Shown here: positions 58,790-64,000 of the stretch, one piece after another
Layout: the number at the start of each line of letters is the position of its first letter
Numbering within the stretch: position 1 is the first letter of the stretch
Source: Longimicrobiales bacterium
Lineage (GTDB): Bacteria; Gemmatimonadota; Gemmatimonadetes; Longimicrobiales; Gaopeijiaceae
Direction of reading: 5' to 3'
Length of the DNA: 64,000 nucleotides
Assembly: GCA_965226375.1 (NCBI GenBank)
Contig: CBDDCX010000005.1
Location: 1-64,000, forward strand
Made by a program: the position numbers and the translations under genes
Notes under the pieces: model-generated
Told to the model about the DNA's origin: nothing
Databases searched by the model: none
What the model saw: the letters and a program-made list of their open reading frames with translations, nothing else

Positions 58790-59845
58790 ATGGCACAGAC
58801 AGCGAAACCGACGGTGCGCCACCCGCGCCTTCGCAAGAATGCCCTTGGCATGACGCAGCGCGACTACGAAGGAAGCATGTCGACGCTGTGCGCCGGCTGC
58901 GGGCACGACTCGATCACGGCGGCCATCGTCCAGACGTTCTTCGAGTTGGACATTGAGCCGCACCGGGTCGCCAAGCTCAGCGGAATCGGCTGTTCGTCCA
59001 AGACGCCGGCGTACTTCCTGAGCGAGGCGCACGGGTTTAACTCGGTACACGGACGTATGCCATCCATCGCCACGGGGGCCAACGCCGCGAACCGGGAGTT
59101 GGTTTACATCGGCATTTCGGGTGACGGGGACTCCCTCTCCATCGGACTGGGACAACTGTGTCACGCCATGCGGCGCAATGTGGACATGACCTACGTGCTG
59201 GAGAACAACGGAGTCTACGGCCTCACCAAGGGGCAGTTCTCGGCGTCCGCGGACGTCGGCACCCTGTCCAAGCGGGGTTTGGAAAACAGGATGTACCCCA
59301 TCGATCCGGTCTCGCTGGCGCTCACCTTGGGTGCGACCTTCGTGGCGCGCGGCTTCTCGGGTGACAAGCCCCAACTCGTGCCGCTTCTCAAGGCCGCGCT
59401 CAAGCACCGGGGCTTCGCGCTGCTGGACGTCATCTCCCCGTGTGTGACCTTCAACGACCACGAGGGCTCCACCAAGAGCTACGCCCACACGCGCGACCAC
59501 AGCACCGAAGTGGTGGAAACAGACTTCGTGCCCCTCCGAAGCGAGATCACGGCCGAGCAGAAAAAGGGCTCGGTCACGGCCGTCATGATGCACGATGGAA
59601 GCACGGTCCGTTTCCGCTCTGTGGCCGAAGGATATGATCCTACGGACCGTAACGCGGCGTACAACCACCTGAGAGAGGTGCAGGGCCGTGGTGAGGTCCC
59701 TACCGGGCTGCTGTATATCGAGCCCAGTGGACAGGACATGCATGCCTTCGAGGAGACGGTGGACGAGGCCCTCTCCGCCGTGCCCTACGATAAGTTATGC
59801 CCGGGGAGCGAGGCGCTGGACAAGCTGCAGGCGCGCTGGCGGTAG
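58790..59845 (+). CDS. korB: 2-oxoacid:ferredoxin oxidoreductase beta subunit
   Basis: LCAGCGH, SGIGCSS, HGR, GDGD..NN.VYGLTKGQ, SPCVTFN. Confidence 0.88.
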   Translation: MAQTAKPTVRHPRLRKNALGMTQRDYEGSMSTLCAGCGHDSITAAIVQTFFELDIEPHRVAKLSGIGCSSKTPAYFLSEAHGFNSVHGRMPSIATGANAANRELVYIGISGDGDSLSIGLGQLCHAMRRNVDMTYVLENNGVYGLTKGQFSASADVGTLSKRGLENRMYPIDPVSLALTLGATFVARGFSGDKPQLVPLLKAALKHRGFALLDVISPCVTFNDHEGSTKSYAHTRDHSTEVVETDFVPLRSEITAEQKKGSVTAVMMHDGSTVRFRSVAEGYDPTDRNAAYNHLREVQGRGEVPTGLLYIEPSGQDMHAFEETVDEALSAVPYDKLCPGSEALDKLQARWR

Positions 59846-59933
59846 TCAACACTTGACATGGATGATGTGGAATCTATCTGCCTCTCGCCTAGATGCAATT
59901 GACATACAGCTGGATACGGGCTAGCCTTTCCTC

Positions 59934-60281
59934 ATGACCGATTCACGCAGCCCAACGGATTGGCTCCCCCTGAACCCGAGGGTCTTCGCCATTCTCATGG
60001 CACTGTCCGAGGGTGAGGCCCACGGATATCGGATCAAACAGTCCGTGGAGGAGCACTCCGCTGGGACGATGCGCCTCGATCCGGGCTCTCTCTATCGGAG
60101 CATTGCTCGGCTGGTCGACGACGGGTGGATCCTCGAGTCCGAGGATCCACCCGACTCCGGTTCGGACGACGCACGCCGCCGCTACTACGGCTTGACGGCA
60201 CTCGGCCGGGCCGTTCTGTCGGCGGAGGCGACCCGGCTCGCCGGCCTGGTCGACACGGCCCGGGCCCTCAACCTGGTCTGA
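59934..60281 (+). CDS. PadR-family transcriptional regulator
   Basis: ILMALSEGEAHGYRI, PGSLYRSIARL, RRRYYGLTALG. Confidence 0.92.
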   Translation: MTDSRSPTDWLPLNPRVFAILMALSEGEAHGYRIKQSVEEHSAGTMRLDPGSLYRSIARLVDDGWILESEDPPDSGSDDARRRYYGLTALGRAVLSAEATRLAGLVDTARALNLV

Positions 60282-60292
60282 GGAGCGGTCGG

Positions 60293-62959
60293 ATGTTTCT
60301 TCGCTTGTACCGGCTCCTCTTGCACCTGTATCCGACGCGTGTCCGCGACCGGTATGGCGAGGAGATGGTGTGGTTCCTTCGCGACGCTCGGGCTGAGGCG
60401 GGAGGGAGGGGACGCCTCGCGGTCGCTTGTTTCTATGTGCGGGCTGTCAGAGACGTGTTGGTAAATGGGGTGTCGGAGCGGTGGGAGAGCCGTCATAGAA
60501 GTACTACTGGGGAACGACGAGGGGGGGCGGGGATGGAAGTGTGGATGCAGGATCTTCGTTATGCGGTTCGAGCCTTTGTCAGGCGCCCGGTATTCGCCGG
60601 AATCGGCGTGCTGACGCTGGCCATCGGGATCGGGGGAAACACACTGATCTTCAGTGTGGTGGAGGCGGTGCTCGTCCGGCCACTTCCGTATGACGAACCG
60701 GACCGCGTAGTGGTGCTGAACCGTCGAGGGCCCGACGACGAGGGCACGCTACGTCGCGTAGCCTACTCGGACCCCGCGTTCCTGGCCCTCCAAGAGGCGA
60801 ACCGAGGGTTCGAGGGCCTGGCCCCGTTCACCACCTTCCCCACTGTGGCCGGGGGAGAGGATCGCCCCTTCCAGACCACTGTGACGGCCGCGACCTCCGG
60901 TCTTTGGAAGGTCTTGGGAGTCGAGGCTCGGCTCGGCAGGACCTTCGGCTCCGATGACGACGACCCGGGCGTGGTGCCCGTCGTGCTCCTGAGCCACCGA
61001 CTCTGGATGAGTAGATACGGCGGCGATCCGGGCGTCCTCGGTCGGTCGATGACCCTCGGTGTGGGCGAGAGGACCATCGTCGGTGTGCTGCCAGCCGACT
61101 TCTTGTTCCTCGACGAGCGAGTCGAGCTTTGGGTACCTCTGCCCATCGATCCAGCCCGCTTCGTCGCCAATGCGGCCCTCAACAACAATCGGACTGTTGT
61201 CGGGCGACTCCCCAAGGCATCCGACGAGACGATCGCCGGGGTGCTCGCCGAGACGCAGCGTGGTGCCGCGTACGTTCGCCCTGATGCCTTCTCCGACGGA
61301 GAGATCCTCTCCGTGCTGTCGATTCGGGAGTTCCAGGTTGGAAGCCTGGAGCCAACCCTGTTTACGCTCTTCGGTGCGGTGGCGTTCGTGCTCCTCATCG
61401 CCTGCGCGAATCTCGCCAATCTGCTTCTGATCCAGGCGGAGGGGAGGCGTGCGGAGTTCGCCGTGCGATCGGCCCTGGGGGCCGGGCATAGCAGGATCCT
61501 GCGTCAGCTCCTGACCGAGAGCCTCCTGCTCGCGGGCGTGGGCGCCACCGTCGGACTGGCCCTCGCGTACATGGGGCTCGACGTGGTGAGGACGCTGGCG
61601 CCGGCCACGATCCCGAGGTTGGATCAGGCTCAGTTGAGTGGGGCAGTGTTGGGCTTCACGCTGTTGCTCACGTTGGTAACGGGGGCGGTCTTCAGTGTGG
61701 CTCCGGCCATCGTCACGCTCCGCTCGAACCTTCGCTCCACGCTTTCCGAGGGCGGACGGTCCTATGTGTCCGGGAGGGCGCGAGTGCGTGCTCTGCTCGT
61801 GGTCGCCGAGGTCGCGGTGACCCTGGTCCTCATGATCGGTGCGGGCCTCCTCGTGAACTCCCTATATCGGCTCCGCCAGATCGAGCCCGGGTTCGAGCCG
61901 GAGGGAAGGATGGTAGCGCAGCTGTTGCTCCCGCCGGGCCGCTACACCACGGACGGCGAGCTGCACGGGCTCTTCCAAGAGATGGTCCGCCGCCTAGACG
62001 CGCTGCCGGGTGTCGAGAGGAGTGCCTACACCTTCCTCCTTCCAATGCAGGCGACGTCAAATTGGTGGGTCCAGATCGAGAACCGAGAGGACGAGGGCGT
62101 CTCGTTCATCGACTACGACCTGGTCACTTCGGGTTACTTCGAGACGATGGGAATTCCCCTGTTGCGCGGACGGCTCTTCGATCGAGCCGAGGCGGTTGGG
62201 GAACGGCCGGCCGTGATCATCTCCGAGTCAGTGGCCGAGAGCCTTTTCCCCGGCGAGGATCCACTCGGCAAGCGTCTCAACATGAACATGCCACCGAACC
62301 ACGTGTGGCGGGACATTGTGGGTGTGGTCGGAGACGTGCGGGACGATGCGCTTTCGGTGGAGGCCGGTCGGCAGATGTACTGCCCGCCCATCGTGCTCCC
62401 TCTGGCGACGCCTGCATTCGGAGGCACGCTCGTGGTGAAGACCAGCGGTGAGGACCCGCTGAGCGTTCTCGGCTCGGTCCGGCAGGCGGTTGCGGACGTG
62501 ATCCCCTCAGCCTCCTTGGGACAGGCGCAGACGCTCGACGAGGTTGTGGCTGGATCGGAGGGGGAGAGGCGCTTCGTGATGTGGCTCCTCATGTCGTTCG
62601 CGGGAGCCGCCCTGGTGCTTTCGATCGTGGGCCTTTACGGCGTGCTCTCCTATTCGGTGACCATGAGGACCAAGGAGTTCGGGGTCCGGATCGCTCTTGG
62701 TGCCAGCCCCGACGCCGTCGTCCGATCGGTGGTTACACAGGGCGTCTCGCTGGCCGGGGCCGGTGCGGTCCTGGGGTTGGGGGCCGCAGTCTGGCTCACC
62801 CAACTCCTGCGTGGCCTTCTGTTCGAAGTGGCTCCGCTGGACCTGGTCACCTACGTCGGGGTTGCCGGCGTTCTCGTTGTGGTAGCGCTCCTGACGACCG
62901 GACTGCCGGCTCGACGGGTGACCCGCATCGATCCGGTACGAGCCCTCCGCGCGGACTAG
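60293..62959 (+). CDS. ADOP-type duplicated ABC permease with N-terminal prefix domain
   Basis: YRLLLHLYPTRVRDRYGEEM prefix; QDLRYAVR; LLIACANLANL; GLYGVLSY..RTKEFGVRIALGA; GAGGAG RBS. Confidence 0.92.
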   Translation: MFLRLYRLLLHLYPTRVRDRYGEEMVWFLRDARAEAGGRGRLAVACFYVRAVRDVLVNGVSERWESRHRSTTGERRGGAGMEVWMQDLRYAVRAFVRRPVFAGIGVLTLAIGIGGNTLIFSVVEAVLVRPLPYDEPDRVVVLNRRGPDDEGTLRRVAYSDPAFLALQEANRGFEGLAPFTTFPTVAGGEDRPFQTTVTAATSGLWKVLGVEARLGRTFGSDDDDPGVVPVVLLSHRLWMSRYGGDPGVLGRSMTLGVGERTIVGVLPADFLFLDERVELWVPLPIDPARFVANAALNNNRTVVGRLPKASDETIAGVLAETQRGAAYVRPDAFSDGEILSVLSIREFQVGSLEPTLFTLFGAVAFVLLIACANLANLLLIQAEGRRAEFAVRSALGAGHSRILRQLLTESLLLAGVGATVGLALAYMGLDVVRTLAPATIPRLDQAQLSGAVLGFTLLLTLVTGAVFSVAPAIVTLRSNLRSTLSEGGRSYVSGRARVRALLVVAEVAVTLVLMIGAGLLVNSLYRLRQIEPGFEPEGRMVAQLLLPPGRYTTDGELHGLFQEMVRRLDALPGVERSAYTFLLPMQATSNWWVQIENREDEGVSFIDYDLVTSGYFETMGIPLLRGRLFDRAEAVGERPAVIISESVAESLFPGEDPLGKRLNMNMPPNHVWRDIVGVVGDVRDDALSVEAGRQMYCPPIVLPLATPAFGGTLVVKTSGEDPLSVLGSVRQAVADVIPSASLGQAQTLDEVVAGSEGERRFVMWLLMSFAGAALVLSIVGLYGVLSYSVTMRTKEFGVRIALGASPDAVVRSVVTQGVSLAGAGAVLGLGAAVWLTQLLRGLLFEVAPLDLVTYVGVAGVLVVVALLTTGLPARRVTRIDPVRALRAD

Positions 62960-62972
62960 CCGCAAGATTCCT

Positions 62973-63758
62973 CTAGCGGACCTCGACCCGACTTCGCGCC
63001 ATTCCGCTGTTCGCCCTGCCGGCGTCCACCGCCAGCACCAGAAGGTCGTAGTGCCCGGCCTCGGATACCGTGAGTGAGCCCACATACGTACTGCGCTCCC
63101 CGGCGTATCGCAGCGTCGCGTCGGCCACCACGGTGTCACCCCGGAGGAGCCGTGCGGTGATGGATATTTGATCCGAGTCCCACATTCCGCCGGGTTCCGT
63201 GGGGCACCCGCACAGCATGGTGACTTCTGCCTTCACCTCGAACGGCGATCCGGCTTTTCGGGCACCGTCGCCTGCGGGCTCCTCGATAACCACCGTGAAG
63301 CCGTACAGGTTCAGGATCAGGCCCTCTCCCAGAAAGTCCTCCCCCGGAATCATGAGGATGGTCTTGCTCGCCTGTCGCAGTGCCTGCTCTGTCCCTAGGG
63401 GGCCCTCGGCCACCACCTCCACCAGGGTAGGCTCTTCGAGAGCCAGAGTGGCGATGAAGTGGGCAGCCCCCTCGGTCCCGAATACCGTGGACCCCCGCAT
63501 CCGCGGTGCGACCATGATCGAATTCGTGTCCCCGGTCGAGCCCTTCTGCTCCCCGTTGGCGAGTACCTCTCCCGTCCGGGCGTTGCGGACGGTGATCCGG
63601 GCCCCACCGACTCCCGACCCAATCACCTTGGCGTCGTTTGCCACGGCCCTGACGAGCAGCCACGTAGGCGTTTGAGCGGCGAGGGCTCGCGGCAGCGCCG
63701 CCATCGCGACGATCACGAGGAGGGGACCCGCGAGCTTCAGATGTCTCGTTCTCATCAT
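62973..63758 (-). CDS. Hypothetical secreted protein with CGC motif
   Basis: Signal peptide; VRAVANDAKVIGSGVGG; VTMLCGCPTEPGGMWD. Confidence 0.65.
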   Translation of the reverse strand: MMRTRHLKLAGPLLVIVAMAALPRALAAQTPTWLLVRAVANDAKVIGSGVGGARITVRNARTGEVLANGEQKGSTGDTNSIMVAPRMRGSTVFGTEGAAHFIATLALEEPTLVEVVAEGPLGTEQALRQASKTILMIPGEDFLGEGLILNLYGFTVVIEEPAGDGARKAGSPFEVKAEVTMLCGCPTEPGGMWDSDQISITARLLRGDTVVADATLRYAGERSTYVGSLTVSEAGHYDLLVLAVDAGRANSGMARSRVEVR

Positions 63759-63849
63759 CGTATTCCCTTTCATATGCTCTCGGTCGGGGTCGACCTGCTC
63801 CAAGGATGTCCGCCTCGATCCGGAAACGGGCGTGCTTGGTCGCCCCGCC

Positions 63850-64000
63850 TCAGTCGGCACCCACGTCCAGATAGATCTTCCCACCCTTCTCTCTGAACTC
63901 CTCCGCCTTTTCCTGAAGGCCCGTCTCCACCAGCTGCTCATTCACGTCCATGCCCTTCTCGGCCGCGTAATCCCGAATGTCCTGGGTAATCTTCATCGAG
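63850..64000 (-). CDS. thiC: Phosphomethylpyrimidine synthase, 3' end (partial)
   Basis: Own translation: SMKITQDIRDYAAEKG..GLQEKAEEFREKGGKIYLDVGAD*, matching the ThiC C-terminus. Confidence 0.8.
   Translation of the reverse strand, partial: SMKITQDIRDYAAEKGMDVNEQLVETGLQEKAEEFREKGGKIYLDVGAD

Noticed and set aside
63850..64000. Apparent frameshift in the thiC tail, and extension of ORF 62973..63941 over it
   Set aside because: Careful translation shows thiC is in frame to TGA at 63850; the upstream extension of the neighbouring ORF is a shadow.
1..64000. Numerous long antisense or alternate-frame ORFs (e.g. 20363..21601, 40328..41593, 55648..56871)
   Set aside because: They overlap well-supported genes and have Arg/Pro/Gly-rich, motif-less translations typical of high-GC shadow ORFs.

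Overview
GC-rich, gene-dense bacterial chromosomal segment. The gene repertoire (three ADOP-type orphan ABC permeases, two with PadR regulators; DUF5916 protein; TolB-N/TPR membrane protein; FHA/PP2C) suggests Gemmatimonadota or Acidobacteriota; this is inference. In order: end of a CocE/NonD hydrolase; a hydrolase-permease-CoA ligase-MaoC operon; metZ; amidase; chrBA; ornithine cyclodeaminase; two convergent molybdo-hydroxylase systems; a Phd antitoxin followed by a permease whose N-terminus is a degenerate RelE-like domain; TPR/FHA/PP2C genes; an 8-gene accessory type II fatty-acid cluster; an APC-PTS EIIA-RCK fusion transporter; an IS630-like MITE; a long-form GuaA; a di-heme NorC-like cytochrome plus a heme-copper oxidase subunit with a non-canonical active site; an intact IS1595 element with a P63C passenger; aminotransferase; RsmC-like methyltransferase; a GltD/ferredoxin-KorAB cluster; and the 3' end of thiC. 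The best candidates for undescribed systems are (1) the NorBC-like pair whose catalytic subunit lacks the helix-VI His/Glu and has Met in place of a heme His, and (2) the Phd + RelE-permease fusion, which mirrors the PadR + prefix-domain permease modules. Four single-base frameshifts, one in-frame TGA and one internal deletion indicate assembly error or gene decay. No rRNA, tRNA or CRISPR array was seen. All family assignments come from motif recognition by eye, not database searches.
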